Source: Eremomyces bilateralis CBS 781.70
Taxonomy: Eukaryota
Assembly: GCA_010015585.1 (NCBI GenBank)
Contig: ML975150.1
Length of the DNA: 64,000 nt
Reading direction: 5' to 3' (one strand)
Shown one piece after another: positions 1 through 15,125 of the stretch. The position numbers and the translations under genes were made by a program. The stretch's first letter is position 1; each line of letters begins with the position of its first letter. The notes beneath the pieces are model-generated. The model made no database searches. It was not told the DNA's origin and worked only from the letters and a program-made list of their open reading frames with translations.

Positions 1-680
1 GCAGAGCGCTCGTCGTGGGGGTGGGTCCATCGGGTGAGCCAGACGCGGGCGAAGGTGCCGGTGCCGAGGGTCTTGATCTGGTCGAAATCGGCGGGGCGGA
101 GGTGCTTGAGGGAGTTGCCGATGGGGCGGGCGGAGGTGGGTTTGTCGAGGAGGCGGTTGGGGGAGAGGCTGCCCGAGGAGCGGTGGGAGGGAGGCCAATG
201 GGAGATGAGGAGCTGTTCGTGGTCGCGGGCGAGAGTCTCGGCGGAGCGGGAGGAGGAGCTGGAGGAGTAGGAGGGCCGGTAGGTGTAGGTGGAAGGGATG
301 CTGTCGTGGGAGTCCGGGTGGTATTGGAGGGGGGAGGGGTAGGACATGGGAGAGGCACCGCGGTGGGAGGACGGATGGTGGGGCGAGTGGGTGTGGGAGG
401 GAGGTTCATGGGGATGGCTGGACGGAGGACATGGATGCGAAATGTACTGCTGTGGCGAGGACGTATGACTATGTTGTGGGTGAGCCGGGTGGTGCGAATG
501 AAGCGATTGCTGCGGCTGAGGCGGTCGCTGTTGCGTATGTTGTGATTGTGGCTCCGGTCGAGAAGGGTTGGACGGCGCATCGGTCTCCGTCCTCTCGAGA
601 TCGCTGGATGAGTCCTTCGCGCCCTTCGCGCTCTTCCCGTGAATGCCGTGCGGCAAAAGGTGGTGCATTGCGGCGGCCAT
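1..680 (-). CDS. 5' part of an AGC/PKA catalytic-subunit-like kinase (PkaB/PKA-C2 type), running off the window start
   Basis: ATG at 680 opens a frame with no stop seen down to base 1: MAAAMHHLLPHG, then a His/Pro/Gln-rich linker, then LRPADFDQIKTLGTGTFARVWLTRW. This is kinase subdomain I (GxGxFxxV) in the GTGTFARVWL form typical of the second fungal PKA catalytic subunit. Confidence 0.75.
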   Translation of the reverse strand, partial: MAAAMHHLLPHGIHGKSAKGAKDSSSDLERTETDAPSNPSRPEPQSQHTQQRPPQPQQSLHSHHPAHPQHSHTSSPQQYISHPCPPSSHPHEPPSHTHSPHHPSSHRGASPMSYPSPLQYHPDSHDSIPSTYTYRPSYSSSSSSRSAETLARDHEQLLISHWPPSHRSSGSLSPNRLLDKPTSARPIGNSLKHLRPADFDQIKTLGTGTFARVWLTRWTHPHDERS

Positions 681-2185
681 GGGCTCCTCTAATTGCAAGC
701 GTATTAGGCGGACGTAAGGTCTCCGAGGTCAATGGTGCACTCCGTTGGCGTATCTAGTTCGGAGCAGGTGTCGAAATCGCAGGACACGCTGGAATCAGCC
801 CATTGCCGGATGCGCGGAGCGAATTGCGATGGAGAGAACGGAGGACGGATAGCAGAGAAGAAGGAGGAGGAGGGGCGATGTTGCTTTAGCGTTTTATTCC
901 GGTGCTGCGGCGTTTTGGTGGCGGAGAATGGTGTTGATGCAGGCTGGTTTCGGCGTTTCGGGGATGTCCAAAGGATGCGGATGCGGATGCGGGCTGCGGG
1001 CTCAGTCGGTAGATTGGTCTCGTCTCGTGTCGTCAGTCGTAATTGGATCCCAAGGGGAGTGCCGTGGATTAAGTCTAACCCAAACCTTCCAACGATTCGA
1101 GTAGCGCAAAATAGCATTTATGAAACGGGAAAGTGGACGAAGGTGTCAAAGAAATGGAAGTGTTGGAGGGGAGAACAATGGATGGAGTGCCATCGGGAAG
1201 TTAAAGACCAAATGAAAGGCCGTTAAACATGTGTGTGGAAGAATCCCTTTGTCAATTTGGCTACGACAGGAAATGGAACGGGTCGTCATCCCTTCCAACT
1301 GCCCAGTCATAAAAAGGCAATTCCTCCACTCAGACTCGAGATATTTAGCCATATAACCCGATTGCTGGTTCCGGCAGCCCGACGGCCCAGCGCAGGCATG
1401 GCAGGGCACTCTGATGGCAGTCTTGCATCCTCCTTGCATCGACGTGGGATGTCGATAGTCATAGAGGATTGGATCATTGGAGGGCCCGCCTTGGGGGGAT
1501 CTAATGTAGGGAATCCGGAATAGGTATTATTGAATTGTTGAATGTTATAGTACTTTATGCTACCACTCTATCGTACAGCCGAACATCCCACGCCGACCTG
1601 CAGGACACAGCATGAACACATTGGAATGGTGAATATCGATAGTCCGGGCGTTCCTCCTGGATGTCCAAGGCGGAATCATAATTCCAAGTCGTAAGATTCA
1701 CTTGTTCCTGGAGTTGGGCGGATTTCACTTCACTTTCTTATTAATACACGACGTCATAGCATCTACTATTATACGATCCATTTCCTGGTTTCCTTCCGGA
1801 CCCTGTCAACACCACAAGCACTCCTCTTCTGATGCCTAACATGAGAGATCTGCCCTCCCGTATTCCGTATTCCGTGACCAACCACCACATCACGCACCCG
1901 CGTCACCATGATCAGCCGCTGATGATGGATGAGCCAGGTCATATGTTCATTGTTGAATGCCATTTAGGGAGGTCATAGAAAACCGAGACGCCGGATATCT
2001 CGGGATACGAACCATTGTATACATAGGTGAACGAATACAACCACGGTCATCCGCTAAACTCCGAATCCATCGCGTTTCCCAGTCAGCGAACCTCATTGTC
2101 CCATGATAATCTTCACGGTACCTATACTATACTCCCCATCCCATAACCCCCCGCGTAAAGAANNNNNNNNNNNNNNNNNNNNCAA

Positions 2186-6105
<3,920 letters not shown>

Positions 6106-6454
6106 CTTGTCAGCTTGTTCTGCAATGCAGCACGCGTCAAAGTAAGAGTCTAGGCGACCTAGTTGCCCTGCATCATGTACAAAGGAAGATCATTAATGAG
6201 GTTGACGCGCTTGAACGATGAGCGCGTTCGCGGACATCGGAGAGCAGCCAAGTGCGGGATGACGGTCCACTTTTATTATGCCTCAGGCTTCAAGGCTGAA
6301 TCCGAGTTTCAAATCTACATGTATTATCAAGTCCCGGAGTTTTGTCGTAATCTGTCGCACGGGTAATTAGTGCTAAAATGGTTGGGAGTCAGGTGATTTG
6401 GTGACAGCAGCAAAGTAGTATTATTATTGTGTCAGTTATGTGTTCTATGTGAAT

Positions 6455-6621
6455 AATTTCCTATGTTAGAAGCAGATAATTAGAGAAGATAGAAGAAGGA
6501 GATAGAAAAATGGGGCACAAGGCCACAAGGCACCAACGCATGTAATTAGTCAGCTTAGGTAGTTCCCCACATGGGCCTCGCTGAGAGGCCTGACGGGCGT
6601 ATGAATCTCTCTCTCTCTCTC
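6455..6621 (+). mobile_element. 5'-truncated non-LTR retroposon (LINE/SINE) 3' end, copy 1
   Basis: Flanked by a perfect 14-bp direct repeat TGTTCTATGTGAAT (6441-6454 and 6622-6635). Ends in a GGCCTC-gctga-GAGGCC stem-loop, then TGACGGGCGTATGAAT and a (CT)n tail. The last ~50 bp recur at 10383-10432. Confidence 0.8.
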
Positions 6622-6903
6622 TGTTCTATGTGAATGCCCGGTTCCCTGGCCCTGCAGATACGAGACTCATGGCAAGATTATTAATGCAGTTTGTAGCCTT
6701 AAGTTAGTTAGGCTCCTAGATCTAATCCTTTGGCCTGTGACATAATCCCTACCCGGCTTAGTTACTAGTATTATTGTCTCTTAATTTAAATGGTCTCCAG
6801 TAACTAGTAACTACGTACCCGCCATATATGTATATAGATCCTGCGCAGCCCGCCCGCATAGGGAGCTCGACATCAAACATCCTAACTGAATGTAGGTGCT
6901 TAT

Positions 6904-7902
6904 ATGCTTGATGCTGACGAAGCGGTTCTAATCACCAAAGGTATTCATGTGAGTCAATCGGATATTTTGAAGCGTCTCGTCGGTTGCCTTTCACTTCTGT
7001 CTTCTCCGTATAATGAACAGCAAATCTGGAACTACGCCCACGTATCCGAGCTCTGGAAATTCCACGGCTGGATCAACGAAGAGGAATCCCAGCAAGCACG
7101 GCTGCACTACGGTGGCTATAGTATCAAAACCCATCTTAGCCTCCGCATCATCACACTCAAAACTGACCTCTGGTACCGCAACAACCTCTTCAACTTCATC
7201 AACTCCACCGACCATGACACCTCCGGAATGCTGCGATTCCTCATCGACGAGCTCCAAACGGCCGAGGATGCTAGCGAGCGCATCTGGATTCTAGGACACG
7301 TCGCCTCGGGATGGGATGCGAGGGGCAGCCTTCCAAAGCCCAGCGACCTGTTCTATCAGATCGTCGACCGCTTTTCTCCGCACGTCATTGCGGGGATCTT
7401 CTTCGGTCACACTCATGAGGACCAGGTCATGGTGTACTATTCAAACAATGGGACGGAGCAGACGAGCGAGCACGCGTTGATGACAGGTTGGATCGGCCCG
7501 AGTGTCACGCCGCTCACGCGTCTCAACTCGGGATTCCGGGTATACGAAGTCGATACGGGCGACTTCAGCATCTACGAGTCCTGGACTTTCTATACCGACG
7601 TCTCGACTTTCTCCGAGCTGCCAGAAACCGGGCCAACCTACCAGCTGGAGTATTCTGCGCGCGAAGAATATGGCTCCGTAGTTGGCTGGCCGGATGACGC
7701 GCCACTGCATGCTACGTTCTGGCATGCCGTGACGGAAGCCAGGGAGCGAGACCGTACGGTACTGGACAAGTTTATACGGTTCGAAGACAAGTCTAGTGGT
7801 CAGGGATTTGATCATTGCACGACGGATGAGTGCGCCCGTGCGAAGATTTGCTACATGCGGAGCGGGAGTACGGCATTGGGGGCGAGGTGCTCACGACTAT
7901 AA
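6904..7902 (+). pseudogene. C-terminal half of an acid sphingomyelinase-like metallophosphoesterase; N-terminus missing
   Basis: WNYAHVSELW, HYGGYS, LRIITLKTDLWY, WILGHV, FFGHTHEDQ, IGPSVTPLTRLNSGFRVYEVD and KICYMRSG match fungal ASM. No signal peptide or DxH/GD/GNHD motifs are recognisable upstream. Confidence 0.7.
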
Positions 7903-7936
7903 TGCGATTGACAAAATAGACCTACTTCTCGCGTGT

Positions 7937-9982
7937 TCATCCATAGAACGGGCTCGGATACAGTTCGGCCGCCTTCTCACTCACCACCTTGATGATATGC
8001 TCGAATGCATCATTCCTGGCCTGTTCGGTGTCGCCGCCGTTCACCAAGGCTTGCAAGGTCGCATATCTTTGGTAGAAGGCGCTGTACCGCTTGAAATACT
8101 CCACCGACCGACCAACATCTTCCTCGGAGATACTCGCGAGGGAATCCATTAGCATCCAAGCCGTCTCGTTTGCGGACGATCCGATCAAGGCCATTGGACC
8201 GCTTAAAAAACTCCCATGCTTGATTCCAAGCGTCACGTGCGCTGCCGCGATAAAATACGAACCCTGGTTAATGTCGTTGAACCAGGTAGTCGGAAGTTCC
8301 GATGAGTTGGCGTCGTAGATCTGCCGTTGCTGGCCGAGAATAGCCAACGAGCAGTCAAGAACCGCCCAGTATGATGTTTGGTAGTCTGGGTGCTTCTCAG
8401 GGTCCATGAAGTAATGACAGTGCAAGGCAAGCATCACTCCTCGGACAAACAACTGAAGCATCGACGATTGGATATGAGGACGATCCAGTGATTTGGGTCC
8501 GATTACTGGATTTCGCCGGCTTGAGACGCAAGCCAGCGATGCTTTCAACGATTGTCGGAGTTTGGCGTCGAATTCGAGGACATCTTTATATTTTAGATCG
8601 GGTGCGGCGGAATTGATGTTCGAGATAATTGCGCAGATGTCAGGTAATATCTCCGCCAACCGCGTCTGGAATGTGGATGTGGTATGCTCTGGGAAAGCGC
8701 CTTGTGGCGTATGTACCATGTCCACCGACAGTTGGTCCTCGTCGATATTTGCTGGTGGCCGAGTCGAATAGTCTTGAGGGCGGATAAGTGTCGGCATGCC
8801 GGATCCGATAGCGACATGCAAATCGAGAAACACGATCGTTGCCCATAGGCGTCTTCGCATCTCCTTCTCGAATGGGCTCATACCTTCCAGGGGCTCTGGA
8901 TCTCGATGGAGTGATAGGCCCATTGCAGTACGCTGAACGAAGCCCATGAAGTTCCATAGCGTATCGCTATCGTTATGCGACACCATGTCGAGGACCTTGG
9001 CCACAGCGACCAACGTCAATGTTCGGACCGTAGTTAGCGTGGGCTTGAGCATAAAAGGAGTCCTTTGAAGCGCCTCTTGCGCTCCTTGAAGTAGATAATA
9101 TAACCTCCTAGTTCGACAGGACGGTGGGACACACTCCATGTCGTTTGAAGCAAATGCTCCCAGCGCTAACATAATAAACAACTGGGAAAGCCAATCATCT
9201 CCCACCGTTTCACCATTGGCCATGAATCTGTCATAACGCTCCAAGAAGCTCTTCTCGTGCTCAACCGGGTAGATGACGTGGAATGTCCGGAAATATGTTT
9301 GCAGCAAAAATCGTACTTTGTCAGGATCCGGAAGGAATTCTAGAAGGTTGAGTTGGGTAGGACCTGCAAGGACAGTGGTACCGTTTCCAAAGGGATAGTT
9401 ATGGAAACGCTTCGGGGGAAATCGCATCTTTAACTCCTTCAAACGCCGTTTAATCGTCCGATCCTCCTCGCGACTTGACCAGCCTACGGGCAGTAAATCG
9501 GCACTCTACAATGAGTCAATAAGACTGCTCATCTCTCAAGAAAAAATGGAGAAACTCACCTCCTTCAGAAGTAGGCCATAATGACTCCGTCCACCATGCC
9601 TGACTCGGCCATTACAATAAGTGAACACGGCATCCGGTCGACCTGTGTCCATAGGCTCCGGGCCTTCCTCAGGGGTGGCACCCGTCGTTCTCAATGATGT
9701 TTCGTCTCCAGGTGATGATTGCGGTGGAGTACTATCGTATTGGCAACTGTCTGCTCGACCAGTCTGTTTGCATCGGCTACACGGCTTCTGGCGGTCACAA
9801 GACACTTTACTGCGATGACAGCGCGAGCAAGAGAGAACCGTCCGCCTCCTCTTCCGCCCTGTGGGCCGGACCGGTAGCGAACGGGAAGTCGTGGGGTGTG
9901 AATCTCTGACTTGACGGTCTTCAAAAGAGTCAGGGGTTAACGTCTTGATTTTTAAGGTTTGGGATTCGGATGGCGACGGCAT
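7937..9982 (-). CDS. Zn(II)2Cys6 transcription factor with a fungal-specific TF middle domain (2 exons: 9982-9560, 9505-7937)
   Basis: RRRTVLSCSRCHRSKVSCDRQKPCSRCKQTGRADSC binuclear cluster; AMGLSLHRDP...EMRRRLWATI motif. The GTGAGT..TAG intron at 9559-9506 joins the exons in frame. Confidence 0.92.
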
Positions 9983-10382
9983 GATGAATCCGTTAAGTGC
10001 TATTCGGCTGATCGATATCGTTTCATCGGCTGGTAGGAAAACAAGAGAATTCAATCCGCGATATCACTGTAGACCGCCTGTCTATCTATATAGATTCTCG
10101 TCATTAGATCGATAAACAGTTGTCCTCCACAACCTCTGGAGAAGACCACGCGTTAAGTCACAGGATTCTAGCCTTGCAAGCAATAACTAACTACGGAAAT
10201 AGTATTATTAATAACTAGTTACCGGAAATTGGTTACGTATGATGGCCGATGGGTCATGGATCATTGGATCAAGCACCTCATTAGTCATCCGCGGACTCAT
10301 CCCGTCTCGACCATGAGTCATGTGCCATTCGAGTTTCGACATCACGACTTTCTGTTCAGTTTACAATTTACATGTCATCCAC

Positions 10383-10436
10383 TGGGCCTCGCAGAGAGGC
10401 CTGACGGGCGTATGAATCTCTCTCTCTCTCTCACAC
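10383..10436 (+). mobile_element. 5'-truncated non-LTR retroposon 3' end, copy 2
   Basis: TGGGCCTC-gcaga-GAGGCCTGACGGGCGTATGAAT(CT)n, differing from copy 1 only in the loop. Flanked by a 13-bp direct repeat with one mismatch: ACATGTCATCCAC (10370-10382) and ACATATCATCCAC (10437-10449). Confidence 0.78.
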
Positions 10437-11064
10437 ACATATCATCCACCCGTGACCCAGGACAATTCTCTCAATACCGGTATCATGATGCGTTTGTCTC
10501 CCAAAGTTTGAAGGCGATTCTAAGACACAAACTCATCGGGTCCCTAGGTAGGTAAGTATCCCGAAACCGCAGTTTGTGGATATAGTCACCGCGTCAAACC
10601 GCAACAAGTATCTAGCACCCCTAACGGCTACCTCGGAACGGTCCTACCATCATACAAGCTGTTCAAGTCTCAGTGACCATTAGTGACGATTCTAAACGGC
10701 ATGTAAACGCGCCAGAAGCGCATAGCCACTTCCTACACCCACAAATTCCTACACCGAAAGCCATCCGACAGTTCTCCGCTTTCATGAGAGAACCCGCCCA
10801 TCAAGACATGAGCACAAGTGACAAGCAGACTAGTCGGCACAAGGCCTACCAAGGCCCCTCTATTACGCCTGGTCGTTACCGGTTTTCGGCGAGATACTTG
10901 TGGTCTCTTATTCCTGAGCGTTGCAAAATGTCATCAAAAAGACGCTTTATACGGCTTGATTTGCTTGTCCAGCTTTATTTCATTACTATTGTCACGAGAT
11001 CGAATATTCTTTCCCTGCAAATATCTGCCGTCCCATCTTCACTGCTTTCTTAACACCGAAGTGT

Positions 11065-11682
11065 TTACTCGTGTCCATGGGCATGTCCGTCGCCGCTAGG
11101 ACCTCCAGAGGGCTGGGGAATCTCAGGGGCTCCACTCGGGGTACCCTTTCCCTTACCCGGGAAGCCTTTCCCTTTCCCGGGGCCATCATCCTTCCCTTTG
11201 CCAGGGAATCCGCCCTTCCCCTTGCCAGGGAATCCGCCCTTCCCCTTGCCACCCTTCCCGTGCTCATGCCCCTTGCCCTTGCCCGGGAACCCGGCACCGT
11301 CGCCTTTTCCGGGGAACCCACCCTTCCCGGGGAACTTGCCCTTCCCCTTCCCCTTGCCGAAACCAGCGTCTTTGACATTGTCAGTATGTTGGTGTGTTGT
11401 AGGTAGGAGCAGGACCTTACCGGTGGCGGCCTCGGCGTCGGCATCAGTCTCGGCACCAGTCTCGGTATCGCGGGCAATCATGGCCGGACCAGCGACCTCT
11501 TCGATGGCAGCGCCATACGCTTCCACCTCGCGGGCCTCGACATCGACCGCGGCCATGGGAACGGCCATGGACAGAGCGCTAGGATGTGTGAGATTCAAGC
11601 ATAGCAATCATCAGAGGGTTGTGTGGGCTCACCTGAAGCCCATAATGGCGAAGAGCGCCAACTTGGAGGAGCTGAGCATCAT
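11065..11682 (-). CDS. Small secreted prepro-protein: signal peptide, acidic pro-region, Gly/Lys-rich (F)PGKGKG repeats, His-rich end (3 exons)
   Basis: MMLSSSKLALFAIMGFS|ALSMAVP, joined by a GTGAGC..CTAG intron at about 11632-11580; a second intron of 51 nt (GTAAGG..CTGAC..AAAG); then DAGFGKGKGKGKFPGKGGFPGKG...GHAHGHE*. Confidence 0.8.
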
Positions 11683-13676
11683 CTTGAATGAGTGAGTGCT
11701 TAAGGAGAGTCTTTGTTGGTCAAAGGCAGATGAAGAGCAAGGAATTGGTTTGCTTTAGTTTAGGTTTTGATTCTCGAAGCTGTGAGCGTAGGGAGTGCTT
11801 TATACAAGTTGTGCTCCTACGGAAATGCACTCTACATCGAGCGCATCCAAGGTATTCCCCATGATATCGAAATTGGCGCGATGCCTGGGAACTAGCACGC
11901 CATGGATTAACTCTCATCGACAATGAACAGTACAGATGCTCTGCTGTCAATTGCCGGATCACTGATCGCTAATTACATCGCGGATGTCATCATCCAGCAC
12001 ATGCGACACGCTGAATATGATACCAGATTGGCGTTTGTCCACCAATAGCCAACTTCTCCGCAGCCCGGTTAGATGGCTTTCGATTCTAGCCATGTTGATC
12101 TCACGATGATCCAATTTATAGCTTGACGGGTTGTCCCTGAGTTTCCACCTTAAAGAATGAATTATCCTATTCGTCTTGCCGACTGATTGGCCCCTGACTA
12201 GGGGGTGGAAACCTCCGTATATTGCGAAACCTGCCTCTTATCTATACAGAAAGCCAAGACTCATTCCCGCTGAAGATCAGGACATATGTGTCGTCTAGCC
12301 CGGCCTTTACACCTTTCCATATATGCCAAACAGGCCAATGGACGATCAAATTTCTATTACTTTACGGCTCACAAAAGCGTTGTAGCGGTTCGGGCGTTAG
12401 CAACTAAAGGCCTAATAAATGAACTTCTATTGCAAAGATGATGCAATTCCCGAGGACTTGGATGGCAAGAAAGGCACTGGTTCTGATATGGTACGACATT
12501 GTCTGGGCATTTCAATCTGAAACCGTCACCCTGAAACCTGCTAACTACAGCTTTGACATGTCCATTATTATGAAGATCACCAATTCACAATGCTCCGATT
12601 GCAGCTAAATCTGCGCTAAAAAGCTTGTATTCACTCAAATCTAGTATATTCCTCTCCACTTGCTTGTTTACCTGTTGGCGGCATCAGGCATGAGATAATG
12701 CCATACATTCACAGAGCGTCCACTTTAGGACCGGTAATGAGTGACTTCACATAAGCACATATATTGCTTGCAGTCCGAGCCTGTTTCGCATGTATAACTT
12801 TCCTACTGGCATCTATGGGTCTTCAATTCGCTATACCACATTTGACGCGGATTGACTTCTACAATAGCGAGAAAATCGCGAGTCGACTTGATCAACACAC
12901 AATCGACATTGCGTGACTTCATTGGTATCCGCTTCGGCAAAATCATATGGAAAGGCAGTCTGGATAGGGCTATGGGTGACGATCATTGTCAACAAAGACT
13001 GCGCGTATGCATTCTGCTCTGGCGAATTGGACGTCTAAGGAAATTCCTGAGATTTAGCCCCTTTAACCAAACTCCGCCCTCTAGCCAACTTGAAGAGTAA
13101 CGATCATACTCGACTCATTGAGCTTTCTTACTACAATTTTAGTCAATTAACTTGAAATATTTTGGCGTCCCGATAAGAATGACCTAATTATTTTCTAAAA
13201 TCACCGGTTTCTTTCTAGTCGTTGGCTTTGTTCTTTTGTCTCTGTCGAGATGCATTCCTCACCATCAAAAGGATGTACCATGGCATTCCGAAACTTGAGT
13301 CCAGATTCTGAACCGAGTGAAGCTCGAGATCAAGTCGCTTTCTCTTCCAGAATGAAACAAAGAGGACTCAAGAGCGTCTTCAGCGGCCTTTCATTGGAGT
13401 TTTTGTTGTGGCCGTTTGCGAACATGATGGCTCCATCGTAGCGTTCATTCACTACCCGAGGACATTATACATTCATTGTATCTTGTTATGTGTCGCCCCT
13501 TCCGAGCCAGATGCGCTTTCAATCCTGTTAATCAGCTCCACTAACATATGGGACTGATTTTTTATCAAATTATGGACAATCTTCATTATGACAGGTCTTA
13601 TTCTTGAAACGGTGTTGAGAAATTACCTCCACACCAATCAGCAGTACGAAGTAGCTCAGGACTGGACATAGCGGCC

Positions 13677-15125
13677 GTGGTTACCTGTGCGGTGTTGAAG
13701 GATGACGTCCATCGACTGGCTAACGTTACAGATGGTACAGCCGTCAATATGACCGGCATTCTGCGAGCTTTCCCGGGGTTCGGAGTAGAGGGACTGAGCC
13801 CGGAAAGTGCGCAGGAGTGCAGATGGATGAGGCAGAATTCATATGGTGGCAGGCCTGGTAGAAACTGCTCTTGGGAGGCCATCGCGGCGTTGATATATGG
13901 ATCGAAGACTCATTGGCAATGGGTCAAGACAGAACATATGGCCTTCGTGGAACGGGTGATGGGTGATTCTAATCACCTACGGTACATTGCATACAGCAGG
14001 CTTCTCCGAACACTGGCCACATCAATTACCACAACAGCAACCGGACCGACCAACCCTGCGATCTCGAATATACGGAGGCTCTTATTTCCCGGTTATTGGA
14101 CGTCCATCGAAATGTGTCCAATCACCTGCGATCGATATAAAATTCAATTAGTGATCTTTGTCCAAACAATAGATAAAACCGGGCTTACATCACGAGAGAT
14201 ATTTTCCGAAGGATCCAACAATGCAGCCCAGCGGGTATTATGGAAAACCAACAACCACTTTGAGCCTATATTCCCCCACTTCCAAGGTAATGATAATCCA
14301 GAAGGGCATAATTGGGCCGTTGGAGAACTCAGGATTGAGCTTCCAAAACTTCGAACGGACACCCATAGAGCTCCCGGGGATCCAAACCAGCCGAACACAC
14401 GTCCGCTACAGCGAAAGATATGGTCAAGTAAAGCCGCGGGTCAGGGTGCAAATCAAGGGCCAACGACCGCGGGAACGTCATGCCGGGTGTTGTCGTATAT
14501 CGTTTAGCCACCGGGGGGGTTTCCCGAGCCCCAAAGGAGGCATTTGTATTAAGTAGCACGCGCAATTCCACTGCCTATCGACAATGACCCTGGTAATAAC
14601 GGTGGAGGAGGCGGAGTCGGAGAGGGCGGAGGTGACGGGAGAGATGGAGGCGGAGGGAATGCAGGCGGAGAAAATGGAGGAGGGGGTTACGGAGGTGGGG
14701 GAGGCAAAGGGGGTCCCAAGGTTCGAAAAACCGCCCAATCGAGATCGAACTCGATCCCAAAAGAGGTGAAGACGGAGAGGCCCCTGGAAGGTTCGCAAAA
14801 TAACCCAATCCCGGTCGATGATAATTAAGCTGACTGCCAAGGGGGAAACGGCAAGAAAAGGCCACCACCAGATGGAGGGGATACGGATGGTCCGAAGAGC
14901 AAGAAGCCAAAACTAGGGGAGGGCGATTGGGATAGAGAGGGCTCCGCACCCCTCAAGGCCAATGCCAAGCCGCTGAGAACTTGGACAAGAGCGGAGCTCG
15001 AAGACGAGACGGCTAAGACTCTCCGGCCCATGGCCCATCAACATAACGTATACATTTACTCGAGGACCCGAAAGGCCATCACAGTTCTTACATTAACAGT
15101 GGCAAACTTGCCGAGAGGGAACTGA
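13677..15125 (+). pseudogene. OTU-like cysteine protease domain plus Gly-rich linker and short C-terminal helical module, interrupted by in-frame stops
   Basis: GRNCSWEAIAALIYGSKTHWQWVK / PGYWTSIEM...RYKIQLVIF / TNNHFEPI follow the OTU Cys-box, W-motif and His-box order. The same frame continues through TAG 14505, TAA 14550 and TAA 14826. The true start is uncertain. Confidence 0.55.

Noticed and set aside
6572..10432. The ~50-bp direct repeats read as LTRs or ends of one composite element carrying ASM and the TF
   Set aside because: Each copy has its own distinct TSD and tail, and there are no TG..CA ends; two separate insertions explain it better.
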